From an uncultured Clostridia bacterium (lineage in GTDB: Bacteria > Bacillota > Clostridia > TANB77 > CAG-508), in the NCBI GenBank assembly GCA_944391745.1, contig CALXUS010000004.1, positions 21,231 through 85,230 of the forward strand: a stretch of DNA of 64,000 nt, read 5' to 3'. Below, one piece after another: positions 8,734 to 17,688 of the stretch. The notes beneath the pieces are model-generated. The model saw only the letters and a list, made by a program, of their open reading frames with translations. It did no database searches and was not told the origin of the DNA. Positions within the stretch are counted from its first letter, which is position 1. Each line of letters opens with the position of its first letter. The position numbers and the translations under genes are program-made.

Positions 8734-11556
8734 TTACTCATCCTGTTTTCTATTTCCATTTAATTTTAGAAGTTTCATTATCTCAACTATTACTATTGGA
8801 GATAAAATTAATAAAATCATTTCTAATATGTCTTGTGCAGGTAATACAGGTATACTAAATATTGTTCTTAATTGTGGTATTGCTAAAATAACAATCATCA
8901 ATAAAGAAGATACTCCAAGTGCTAACAATAGCATTTTGTTTTTGAATGGATGTGTTTTAAATATTGATTTTTTCGAATTTCTTACATTAAATACATGAAC
9001 TAGTTCTGCAAATGCAAGTGTAACAAATGCCATTGTTTGACCAATTTCTACCTTAATTTCTGCGTTGCTTAGACCTTCTACTTGTGGAAGTATGCTGTCT
9101 GGTGTTGCTAATCCTATTATGAATGCGGCAAGTGTTATTAAACCTATCATTACACCTTGATATGCAACTCTCCAAAGTCTTGATTTAACAAATATGCCTT
9201 TTTCTTTATTTGGCTTTTTCTTCATTATATCATCTTCAGCTGGGTCTACTGCAAGTGCTAATGCTGGAAGTGAATCAGTTACTAAGTTAATCCATAATAT
9301 ATGCATTGGTAATAAAGGTTCAATTAAATTAATGTCTATTCCAAATGTGCTACTTAAAAATGGTGTTATTAGCATACATACGAATAACAAAACAATTTCG
9401 CCTATGTTACTTGAAATTAGGAATTCGATAGCTTTTAGAATATTTGCATATATTCTTCTTCCCTCTTCTACTGCTGAAACGATTGTTGCGAAGTTATCAT
9501 CTGTTAGGATTACATCAGCGGCCTCTTTTGCAACGTCTGTACCAACCATTCCCATTGCGCATCCAATATCTGCTTGTTTTAGTGCTGGTGCATCATTTAC
9601 ACCATCACCTGTCATTGCAACGATTTCTCCTGCTTTTTGCCATGCTTTTACTATTCTAACTTTATGTTCTGGTGCAACTCTTGCATATACACTATATTTT
9701 CTAATGTTTTTGTCTAATTCTTCATCAGACATCTTTGCAAGTTCTGCTCCTGTTATCGCTTCATCTTCGTTTTCTAATATTCCCAACCCTCTTGCTATTG
9801 CTGTTGCTGTAATTTTGTGGTCACCTGTAATCATTACAGTTTTTATACCTGCTTCTTTACATTTTTGAACAGCATGTTTTGCTTCTTCTCTAGGTGGGTC
9901 TATCATTCCACACATTCCAACGAATGTTAAGTCTCTTTCTAAATCTAAAACTTCATCTCCGACTGGTTCATGGTCCATATATTTATATGCCATTGCTAAA
10001 ACTCTAAGAGCATTTTTAGCTAAAGATTCATTTTGTTTTTCTATTTCTGGTATTCTGTCTTTTAAATTTGTTTTTATTTCTCCATTTTCAGAATAGCTGT
10101 TACATATTGATAATAATTCATCAAGACCACCTTTTGTACAAACTAAATATTTATCTCCAAATTTATTTACAGTTGTCATTAATTTTCTATCTGAATCAAA
10201 TGGTATTTCTGCTACTCTTGGATGATTATTTATTTCGTTTTCATCGTATTTTAAATTAAAAGCTAATTGTGTTAAAGCAATTTCTGTTGGGTCTCCTGTG
10301 AATGTAACATTCTTTAAATTGCTTCCTTCACTATTTGATGTACTATCATTAGAGTTATCGGTTTTTGCACTATCTGCTTCATTTGTAGTAGAATTGCCTA
10401 ATGCAATTTTTGTATCATTACATAGCATTCCAATTAAAATTGTTTTTTCTAATTCATCTGAGTTGTATTTATTTTCTTTATATAGTTCTTTTGCATCTAT
10501 TAATTGTCCATTAACATATACTTTTTGAACTTCCATTTTATTTTGAGTAAGTGTGCCTGTTTTATCTGAGCAAATTACTGAGGCACTTCCAAGTGTTTCA
10601 ACTGCTGGTAATTTCTTTACAATAGCATTTTTCTTAACCATTCTTTGAACACCTATTGCAAGAACAATTGTTGATACTGCTGCTAATCCTTCAGGTATTG
10701 CTGCAACAGCTAAACTTACTGCAGTCATAAACATATCAATTACATCTTTACCATAAGCTAATCCTATAATAAATATAACTATGCAAATAACTATTGCCAT
10801 TATGCCTAAACTTTTTCCTAGTTTATTTAATTTTTGCTGTAAAGGTGTTGCAGTTTCTTCAACACTATTTAACATTCCAGCAATATTACCCACTTCGGTA
10901 TTCATTCCTGTTTCAACAACAATGCCTTTTCCTCTACCATAAGTTATTAAACTAGAAGAAAATAACATATTTGTTCTATCTCCAAGTGATACTTCTTCAT
11001 TTTCTATTGTAGCTGCCTCTTTTTCTACTGGTACTGATTCTCCTGTAAGTGATGCCTCTTGTGCTTTAAGATTTACAGCATCAATAATTCTTATATCTGC
11101 CGGAACATAATCTCCTGTATCTAATATGACTATATCTCCAAGTACCAATTCTCTTGAAGGTATAACTGTTACTTTTCCGTCACGCATTACCTTTGCTGAG
11201 TAACTACTCATTTTCTTTAATGCCTCTAATGACTTTTCTGCCTTATTTTCTTGTATTACCCCTATAACAGCATTAAGAATAACAACTATTAGTATGATTA
11301 TTGAATCTGTAAATCCTTCGCCTTGCATTTGTCCTACAACGCCAGAAATTATTGCTGCTATTATAAGGATTATTATCATAAAATCTTTAAATTGCTCTAA
11401 AAATTTTACAAATAGGCTTTTCTTTTTCTTTTCTTGCAATTCATTATAGCCATTTTCTTTTTTCCTCTTTTTCGCTTCTTCTTCACTTAATCCTTTTTCT
11501 AAGTCTGTGTTTAAGGTTTTAGAAACTTCTTCTACGTCTTTGTTAAACCAGTTCAT
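8734..11556 (-). CDS. P-type cation-transporting ATPase (Ca2+/Mn2+ efflux type, P2A/PMCA-SERCA-like)
   Basis: ICSDKTGTLTQNKM phosphorylation motif, TGES, PEGLAAV, MITGDH, TGDGVNDAPALKQADIG. It is 940 aa. Confidence 0.95.
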   Translation of the reverse strand: MNWFNKDVEEVSKTLNTDLEKGLSEEEAKKRKKENGYNELQEKKKKSLFVKFLEQFKDFMIIILIIAAIISGVVGQMQGEGFTDSIIILIVVILNAVIGVIQENKAEKSLEALKKMSSYSAKVMRDGKVTVIPSRELVLGDIVILDTGDYVPADIRIIDAVNLKAQEASLTGESVPVEKEAATIENEEVSLGDRTNMLFSSSLITYGRGKGIVVETGMNTEVGNIAGMLNSVEETATPLQQKLNKLGKSLGIMAIVICIVIFIIGLAYGKDVIDMFMTAVSLAVAAIPEGLAAVSTIVLAIGVQRMVKKNAIVKKLPAVETLGSASVICSDKTGTLTQNKMEVQKVYVNGQLIDAKELYKENKYNSDELEKTILIGMLCNDTKIALGNSTTNEADSAKTDNSNDSTSNSEGSNLKNVTFTGDPTEIALTQLAFNLKYDENEINNHPRVAEIPFDSDRKLMTTVNKFGDKYLVCTKGGLDELLSICNSYSENGEIKTNLKDRIPEIEKQNESLAKNALRVLAMAYKYMDHEPVGDEVLDLERDLTFVGMCGMIDPPREEAKHAVQKCKEAGIKTVMITGDHKITATAIARGLGILENEDEAITGAELAKMSDEELDKNIRKYSVYARVAPEHKVRIVKAWQKAGEIVAMTGDGVNDAPALKQADIGCAMGMVGTDVAKEAADVILTDDNFATIVSAVEEGRRIYANILKAIEFLISSNIGEIVLLFVCMLITPFLSSTFGIDINLIEPLLPMHILWINLVTDSLPALALAVDPAEDDIMKKKPNKEKGIFVKSRLWRVAYQGVMIGLITLAAFIIGLATPDSILPQVEGLSNAEIKVEIGQTMAFVTLAFAELVHVFNVRNSKKSIFKTHPFKNKMLLLALGVSSLLMIVILAIPQLRTIFSIPVLPAQDILEMILLILSPIVIVEIMKLLKLNGNRKQDE

Positions 11557-11725
11557 TTTTTCCTCCTATCAGTATTATTTGCTGTTTAATTAATTTTAAA
11601 CAGTTAATTGAATAGCTTAATAACTAATATTATGTGTTTTTTTGTTATATTAGTCTTTTATTGAATAGGAAATTGTGTTCAATTGCTATTCTTGAATATT
11701 AAAATTTTGTTTTTTTCTATTCAAT

Positions 11726-11838
11726 AAAAAAAGCAAGACCCATTTAAGAATTTATTTCTTAAAAGTCTTGCTCACCATAAAGGTCACTAACCAGATTTCT
11801 CTTGTTGTTGATTAGTTATTTATGAGCTACTCCCTTTT
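11726..11838 (-). promoter_or_regulatory. yybP-ykoY (Mn2+) riboswitch-like leader with intrinsic terminator
   Basis: Minus-strand RNA is AAAAGGGAGUAGCUCAUAAA...UUUAUGGUGAGCAAGACUUUU. It matches the conserved GGGAGUAG and AGCAAGAC blocks with closing helix AAAAG/CUUUU. GCAAGAC is shared with a downstream hairpin GCAAGAC...GUCUUGC plus U7. Confidence 0.6.
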
Positions 11839-11895
11839 TGTTTTTATTATTTTATCAAACTGAATTTTAAAATTCAAGGGGTTATTTGTTTTTTA

Positions 11896-12537
11896 TTAAT
11901 AATATATAGAAATATCAATTCCATTAAAGAAAGTATTATCCGCTAGTAATTTCATACAACTATATTCTATAATTAGCATTACGCACACTATAGCACAACT
12001 CAAAGTTATGTATTTTTGTATTGTTGACAATTTCTTATATTTAATCTTTTGATAAATCATTATAATTCCTAGAATAATAAGGCAAATAAGTAAAATTAGT
12101 AAAAGTCCATAGCATGCTTCTACTGTAAAATAACTTATCGGTTCTCCTGACCCTCCTAAATATACAGACCTTGTTTTTCCAAATATCAAAGCAACCATAT
12201 TAGGCAAAATAATCGAAAATATCATTAATAATATGCATATTATCAAAATAATTTTTGAAACTTTGCTTACTTTATTATTTGTTTTCTTTTGATATACCAT
12301 TGCAATAAAATTTGTGACCATTACGTTTATAGTTATAAATAAAATTGTTATAGCAATATACACTGATGTATAATATTCTTCCGTGCTAGTATTTATTTCT
12401 CTCACATTTGCAGTAGGAATTTGCGGTTGATCGGTTGCTAATACAATTGCATTTTTCAAAATGCTTATTAAAAATGTTATGATAAATATTTTATATAGTA
12501 TTTTAAATATTTTTATGCTTTTTTTATAATTAAACAT
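11896..12537 (-). CDS. Hypothetical multi-pass membrane protein
   Basis: 213-aa ORF with several hydrophobic segments. Confidence 0.6.
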   Translation of the reverse strand: MFNYKKSIKIFKILYKIFIITFLISILKNAIVLATDQPQIPTANVREINTSTEEYYTSVYIAITILFITINVMVTNFIAMVYQKKTNNKVSKVSKIILIICILLMIFSIILPNMVALIFGKTRSVYLGGSGEPISYFTVEACYGLLLILLICLIILGIIMIYQKIKYKKLSTIQKYITLSCAIVCVMLIIEYSCMKLLADNTFFNGIDISIYY

Positions 12538-12619
12538 CTTGCATCTCCTTTATTTTTTATAATTATATACAATACGAATTATTTTTTCAATGTATCTAGA
12601 AATTTTTTTACTTTAATAC

Positions 12620-12645
12620 GCCCGGTAGTCAAAAGACTACCGGGC
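12620..12645 (-). terminator. GC-rich hairpin downstream of the HNH gene
   Basis: GCCCGGTAGTC-AAAA-GACTACCGGGC, an 11-bp perfect stem with a weak U-tract. Confidence 0.5.
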
Positions 12646-12660
12646 AAATAGTGAGAAAAA

Positions 12661-13386
12661 TCACTTACCTAACACGTGAGAAGTATAATCAACTATTCCG
12701 TCATAAATCACATTTTCCAACTTAATGACATCAATCTTTCTTACCCCTTCTATTTTCATAAAAAGTATAGAATTGAAACCATCAAGCAGGAATTTATTTG
12801 CACTTACAACTATTGGATATGGAATTCTTTTATATTTTCTATAGAATCTAGCAATTCTGTTGTATACTGTTCCTATCGGGTCCTCTAACCTAAAATTTAC
12901 ATACACGGATTTGTGATTTCCTTGTTCTAACCATTCCTCTGGAAGAGATGGCAATTCGCCAAATCTCCTTTTGGTTTGGGTTAAACTTAATTCTTCATTG
13001 AAATCTTTCACCTCTGCTTTTCTTTCTCGACCTTTTGTTGATTTTACAATATGTTGAAACTTTTCAAATTCGTTTGGATACATACTACCTTTTTTACGGT
13101 TGCAAACACTACAGCAAGGTCTTAAGTTGTTGGTAATACTAACACCACCAAATTCTCTAGGTATAAGGTGGTCTAAGGATTTCCATAGTACTCCGTCTTG
13201 TTTTTCTTTGTCTTCTATACCTGTAATAGGCTTTTGGCAATAATAGCAGACGTGGCCATGTAGGATGTACGTCAATTCAAACATCGTTTCTTCAAACATA
13301 TTCCGATGCAAGTAAAGAATTCCGTCTTTTACCTCTCCTTTCTCATCACTAAGAATAATGTGCTCTTTTGGTAATTCGATAATCAT
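12661..13386 (-). CDS. HNH endonuclease with C-terminal ParB/Srx-like segment
   Basis: CYYC...DHLIPREFGG...NLRPCCSVCNRKKG (HNH/Zn). The C-terminal PIVVSANKFLLDGFNSILFMKIEG resembles a ParB-like nuclease core. G+C looks richer than the neighbours, and there is one in-frame CGG. Confidence 0.75.
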   Translation of the reverse strand: MIIELPKEHIILSDEKGEVKDGILYLHRNMFEETMFELTYILHGHVCYYCQKPITGIEDKEKQDGVLWKSLDHLIPREFGGVSITNNLRPCCSVCNRKKGSMYPNEFEKFQHIVKSTKGRERKAEVKDFNEELSLTQTKRRFGELPSLPEEWLEQGNHKSVYVNFRLEDPIGTVYNRIARFYRKYKRIPYPIVVSANKFLLDGFNSILFMKIEGVRKIDVIKLENVIYDGIVDYTSHVLGK

Positions 13387-13593
13387 TGTCTCACCTCATA
13401 ACAAATTATTGTATTGATTGAAACAACATTGCTTAAATGAATTCTATCATAATAAATTTTTAGTTGTAAATAGTTTAAATACTTTTTATTTTTTCAATAT
13501 TTATATAGTCAAAGTAATTTACTTATATTTACTTTCATTTCAGTTTATAATATAATTAAACTGAAATTATAGGTGTTAAAGGAGAAATGCTCA

Positions 13594-14388
13594 ATGATTA
13601 TCAAAGATGAGATAGGAAAAATTCTTCCTATTAAGGATTTATCTAATTTATTTGTTGTAGCTGATTTTGATAGAACAATAACAAATGGCAGTAGTAAAAC
13701 TTCATGGTCTATTTTATCTGAAAGTCCACTTGTTCCAAAAGAATATAAAAAGGAAAGACAAGGATTTTATGACTATTACAGGCCTATTGAAGTTGATGAA
13801 TCATTAGATTATGAATACAAAGCTTCTAAGATGAAGGAATGGTACCAAAAGCATATTGGATTATTTGTTAAATACAAAATCACTGAAGAAATTTTTAATA
13901 ATGCTGCTACTGATTTACGAATAATGGAATTTAGACCAGGTGCTAAAGAATTTATTGAATTTTTACATGATAATAATATCCCATTAATTATTATTAGCGC
14001 AGGAATTGGAAATTTTATTGAGGCCTTTCTTACTTTGAATGGTTGCTACTATGATAATATTTATGTTAGTAGTAACAAAATTATTTTTAAAGACGGAATC
14101 GCTGTTGGTGTAGATACTAATATTATTCATAGCTTAAATAAAAATGAGGTTTCTTTGCCTGATAATATAAAAGAAAAATTAAGTAATAGGAAAAATGTTT
14201 TACTACTAGGTGACCAAATTAGTGATTTAAGAATGGTTGATAAATCTAAACATGACCATGTTTATACTAATTGCTTCTTATGTGATGAAAACAAGTCTGA
14301 ATTAGAAGCTATTAGAAAGCAATTTGATATTGTTTGTGAAATTGGAGATAATTATTTTGATTTGAAGAAAGTATTGTTTTCTGAATAA
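13594..14388 (+). CDS. Pyrimidine 5'-nucleotidase-like HAD hydrolase (UMPH-1 / cN-III family)
   Basis: DFDRTIT (DxDxT), YRPIEVDESL, KMKEWYQKH, IPLIIISAGIGNFIE, LLLGDQISDLRMVD. ATG at 13594 sits 9 nt after AAGGAG; the track ORF starts at GTG 13573. Confidence 0.7.
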   Translation: MIIKDEIGKILPIKDLSNLFVVADFDRTITNGSSKTSWSILSESPLVPKEYKKERQGFYDYYRPIEVDESLDYEYKASKMKEWYQKHIGLFVKYKITEEIFNNAATDLRIMEFRPGAKEFIEFLHDNNIPLIIISAGIGNFIEAFLTLNGCYYDNIYVSSNKIIFKDGIAVGVDTNIIHSLNKNEVSLPDNIKEKLSNRKNVLLLGDQISDLRMVDKSKHDHVYTNCFLCDENKSELEAIRKQFDIVCEIGDNYFDLKKVLFSE

Positions 14389-14432
14389 CAAGCGAAAGAG
14401 CTAATTGTAAATTACAATTAGTTCTTTTTTAG

Positions 14433-15386
14433 CTACAATTCCACCTTCCATTTTGGTGGATACATATATTCTATTTTAGATGTTTTAGGTATATACTTCT
14501 TTTTGATTTTTTTCCTATTAGATTTTAACTCTGGAAGTGCTTGCCTACAATATTTGTCTAATTCACAGAAAATATTTTGGCAATCTATTAGCTGAAGCTC
14601 TCGATTTCCTATTCTTTTAAAATTCAAATTTAATCTTTTAAATTCTTTGTCTTGGTTTTCATACATATATTTTATAATATCTTCATTACTCATATTTTCT
14701 TTGTCAATAAAACACTTATTTATTCCTCTTAATGAACCGGGTCCTGCTACTGTAAATTTATTTTCTTTCCAATCAACTACTTCACTATAATTAATATCTG
14801 TTACTAATTGATATGCCATAAAATCTCCAATTAGCGGATATGATTTTATAATTTCAAAAGCCTCATTCATATTTTTGCATTCTAAAATTTTATTTTGCAT
14901 TTTGTCTTCTAAGAACATTTTTTGTAGTAAAGCCAAATGATTATCATGTTTTCTATCAAAGCCAAATGCTTTATTGGCACATGATATATATGCATCATTA
15001 TATATTTTTATCCCATTGGATATAGCCTTTTCTAATACTTCTGAGTATGTTTTTATATTGAAAATTTTTAATGTAGGGTCTCCTATGTTTTCTAACAATA
15101 ATTCCCATGTTTGCTCTTTGTTAAATAATTTGAATAGTATTATTCTAAAAATGGTATCATTATTATCATAGCGTTTTCCGTTATATATTACATTTTTCAA
15201 TAAATATTGACTTACTCTATCATTCACTCTATAACTATTACAAAACTTGTATTCCTGCAAAATTTTATCTTTTGTCCATGGTGGTTCTTTACCTTCGAGT
15301 TTGCGCCAAAATATATTTTGTCTTTCACAAGCGAAATACCAATATAAGTCATAAACTTCTTGTCTTTTTTTCATTTTATACCTCAT
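14433..15386 (-). CDS. Protein resembling the helical domain family of phage thymidine-hypermodification enzymes (5-hmdU DNA kinase helical domain / aGPT-pyrophosphorylase-like)
   Basis: The N-terminal pattern VYDLYWYFACERQNIFWRKLEGKEPPWTKDKILQEYKFCNSYRVNDRVSQYL matches my recollection of that family. This is unverified. The start abuts the radical SAM stop. Confidence 0.5.
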   Translation of the reverse strand: MRYKMKKRQEVYDLYWYFACERQNIFWRKLEGKEPPWTKDKILQEYKFCNSYRVNDRVSQYLLKNVIYNGKRYDNNDTIFRIILFKLFNKEQTWELLLENIGDPTLKIFNIKTYSEVLEKAISNGIKIYNDAYISCANKAFGFDRKHDNHLALLQKMFLEDKMQNKILECKNMNEAFEIIKSYPLIGDFMAYQLVTDINYSEVVDWKENKFTVAGPGSLRGINKCFIDKENMSNEDIIKYMYENQDKEFKRLNLNFKRIGNRELQLIDCQNIFCELDKYCRQALPELKSNRKKIKKKYIPKTSKIEYMYPPKWKVEL

Positions 15387-16418
15387 TTAATTTGTTTTCA
15401 TACATTTAGGGTCTTTTGAATTAACGCATCTTTTTAAATTTGTGTATTTATCTTCATTTTTATTATATCCTGCAATTATTTTTTGACCAATACAACCACT
15501 CTTACAAATTTCATAGTCTTTGCATAATTTACAACTATTTTCTGTATTTAATTTTCTTAATAATTTAAAGTATTCTGAATTATATATTTCTTTTAGTGTA
15601 TTTTCTTTAATATTCCCACTAACACCTAATTTTGTGAAATATTTTATAGAATCACATGGATATGCAATACCATCAAATCCAATTATCATAATTTCATCCG
15701 CAATAATGCAAGGACTATTTTTTATATTTAATATATTCCAAGGACTTCCTAATCTTATTTTGTCTTTGTATTTTGATTCTAAGTAAAATTCTTTTATTTG
15801 ATTCAATTCTTCTTTTGTTAAGTCCATATTTTTACTGCCTTTACCGTGTGGAACAAATCTAAGTAAGCTAATTTTTTCAAAATATTTCCTGTAATAAAAT
15901 TCTTTCATTGTTGCATTTACTATTGTCTGCATTTGTGAAATTGAGTCTTTTGAAATTGTATAATGAAATCCTAATTTACAATTTGAAGTTTTTAATAATT
16001 TATCAAAAAATTCTATATGTGTGTATGTTGAAGAATCTTTTTGGTTTGATAAGCTGTCTGCTAGCGAATATATTATTTTATTTAATCCACTGTCAATAAG
16101 TTTTTTATATTTATTTAAGTTTTCATCATTCCTATAATCAAATGTATAAATTGCAGAATTGATTTTTAATTCTTTTGTTATTTTAATTAAATCATTTAAT
16201 TTTTCATATTTTAGTGGTTCTCCTCCTGTAAATACTACATCAGTAACATTTATTTGCTTCGCTTCTAGTATTATTTTCTTTACATCTTCATATTCTAACT
16301 CTTTAATATTTTTAGAATTACTAGTAGCACTACTTGAACAATGTATGCAGTTTCTTGAGCATCTATTAGTTAATTCTATTTTTAATTCTTTTAGCATAAT
16401 TATCTCCCTGATATTCAT
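15387..16418 (-). CDS. Radical SAM protein with C-terminal SPASM/twitch-like Cys cluster
   Basis: CSRNCIHC (CX3CX2C), GGEPL, and C-terminal CKLCKDYEICKSGCIG. Confidence 0.85.
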   Translation of the reverse strand: MNIREIIMLKELKIELTNRCSRNCIHCSSSATSNSKNIKELEYEDVKKIILEAKQINVTDVVFTGGEPLKYEKLNDLIKITKELKINSAIYTFDYRNDENLNKYKKLIDSGLNKIIYSLADSLSNQKDSSTYTHIEFFDKLLKTSNCKLGFHYTISKDSISQMQTIVNATMKEFYYRKYFEKISLLRFVPHGKGSKNMDLTKEELNQIKEFYLESKYKDKIRLGSPWNILNIKNSPCIIADEIMIIGFDGIAYPCDSIKYFTKLGVSGNIKENTLKEIYNSEYFKLLRKLNTENSCKLCKDYEICKSGCIGQKIIAGYNKNEDKYTNLKRCVNSKDPKCMKTN

Positions 16419-16527
16419 TTACAATAATTTTATATTATTTTATTTATAATTTCAACATAAATCTATTTTAAAAAGTAATAATATCTTGATTTAAAATATT
16501 TTTTATACTATAATATATTTGTTTTAT

Positions 16528-16603
16528 GCCACTATAGCTCAGTTGGTAGAGCAACAGATTCGTAACCTGTAGGTCGCGAGTTCGATTCTCGCTGGTGGCT
16601 CCA
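16528..16603 (+). tRNA. tRNA-Thr (anticodon CGT)
   Basis: GCCACTATAGCTCAGTTGGTAGAGCA-ACAGA-TTCGTAA-CCTGT-AGGTC-GCGAGTTCGATTCTCGC-TGGTGGCTCCA. Confidence 0.9.
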
Positions 16604-16624
16604 TTTGAATATTATTTTTTATGG

Positions 16625-16655
16625 GCTGTTTTTGGGGACACCTTCCAAAAACAGC
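16625..16655. repeat. 31-nt palindromic repeat element, copy 1 (GCTGTTTTTGGGGACACCTTCCAAAAACAGC)
   Basis: 11-bp arms GCTGTTTTTGG/CCAAAAACAGC around GGACACCTT. It probably also terminates tRNA-Thr transcription. Confidence 0.85.
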
Positions 16656-16731
16656 TTCGCATTATTAAAATAGTATTTTTGTTTATCTTTTATAGATATT
16701 AAAAATACTTCTATATTTGAGGAGTAATGCC

Positions 16732-17184
16732 ATGATATTTTTTTTTATAATTTTAATAGCAATATTTGTATTAGTATTACGTGCAGCAAAATCCAAAAAA
16801 AATATAAAAATTAGTTGTCTAATCATTGTATTAATAAACTTATTTTTTATTGTATTTTCTAGATTTTTATGGCCTGGAGTAACGCATTATGCTGAACTTA
16901 TATTTTCTTTTTGGATTATTCTAATTGTTAATTTTGTCTTACTATTAATTTTATTTATTTCAAAAATAAAATTAAATTTGAAATTAATGATTATCATACT
17001 TGCTGTCTTTTTCCTACTTATGCTTTTTACGCCAGTATATAAATTTGAAAATCATGAACATACAATTATAAATGGTCATGAAGCTATTAGATCTTATACT
17101 GAATATTATAATTGCTATGGGATAAAATTGAGAGAAATAAATAATTCACAGAATATATATAATTACAATATAATATTGAAATAA
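16732..17184 (+). CDS. Hypothetical small membrane protein
   Basis: ATG at 16732 lies 7 nt after GAGGAG. There are three or four hydrophobic segments. The ORF is bracketed by inverted repeat copies 1 and 2. Confidence 0.6.
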   Translation: MIFFFIILIAIFVLVLRAAKSKKNIKISCLIIVLINLFFIVFSRFLWPGVTHYAELIFSFWIILIVNFVLLLILFISKIKLNLKLMIIILAVFFLLMLFTPVYKFENHEHTIINGHEAIRSYTEYYNCYGIKLREINNSQNIYNYNIILK

Positions 17185-17204
17185 ATTCTATATATTTTAT
17201 TTAA

Positions 17205-17235
17205 GCTGTTTTTGGAAGGTGTCCCCAAAAACAGC
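17205..17235. repeat. 31-nt palindromic repeat element, copy 2 (exact reverse complement of copy 1)
   Basis: GCTGTTTTTGGAAGGTGTCCCCAAAAACAGC, located between the convergent ORF 16732..17184 and sufU. Confidence 0.85.
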
Positions 17236-17243
17236 TTTATAAA

Positions 17244-17669
17244 TTACTTCATCATTCTCCTCATTGTTTCCCATGCTAAACTAGCACACTTTATTCTTGC
17301 TGGCAACTTTGTAATATTTTTCAAGTACTTAGCATCACCTAACATCTTGAGCTCCGCTTCTTCTACATTTTCTCCATTTATCATTTTTAAAAAAATATCT
17401 ATTAATTTTATTGCTTCTTCTTTTGATTTTCCTTTTAACAAATCTATCATAATAGATGCTGAAGCCTGAGATATTGCACATCCATATCCTGAATATGATA
17501 AATTTTTTATTATATTTACGTCAAACTTTATTTCAAGCGTAATGTCATCTCCACAACTTGGATTGTGTCCATGCTCTTCTCTATCTTTTTCAAATAAGTT
17601 ATGTTTGTTTTTTGTGCTTATACTGTGTTCCATTATAATATTTGTATAGATTTCTTCTAAATCATCCAT
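17244..17669 (-). CDS. sufU: SUF system Fe-S cluster scaffold SufU/NifU-like
   Basis: NPSCGDDITL, GYGCAISQASASIM, PARIKCASLAWE. Confidence 0.9.
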   Translation of the reverse strand: MDDLEEIYTNIIMEHSISTKNKHNLFEKDREEHGHNPSCGDDITLEIKFDVNIIKNLSYSGYGCAISQASASIMIDLLKGKSKEEAIKLIDIFLKMINGENVEEAELKMLGDAKYLKNITKLPARIKCASLAWETMRRMMK

Positions 17670-17688
17670 TACGTTTCCCCCTATCCTT

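Noticed and set aside
8400-10400. Asn/Ser-rich low-complexity tracts (8065..8700 C-terminus, the ATPase insert around NSTTNEADSAKTDNSNDSTSNSEGSNLKN, and the SGNH linker) as a special signal
   Set aside because: They are consistent with the general AT-driven amino-acid bias of this genome. There is no periodicity or conservation to suggest function.
9194-10528. Plus-strand ORFs within the P-type ATPase gene (9194..9868 and others), and similar antisense ORFs inside other long genes
   Set aside because: The sense strand carries unambiguous P-type ATPase motifs. The antisense translations are low-complexity sequence with no RBS.
16625-17235. Calling the repeat-bracketed segment an insertion sequence
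   Set aside because: There is no transposase, the enclosed ORF is a small membrane protein, and I see no target-site duplication. It is reported only as a repeat-flanked unit.
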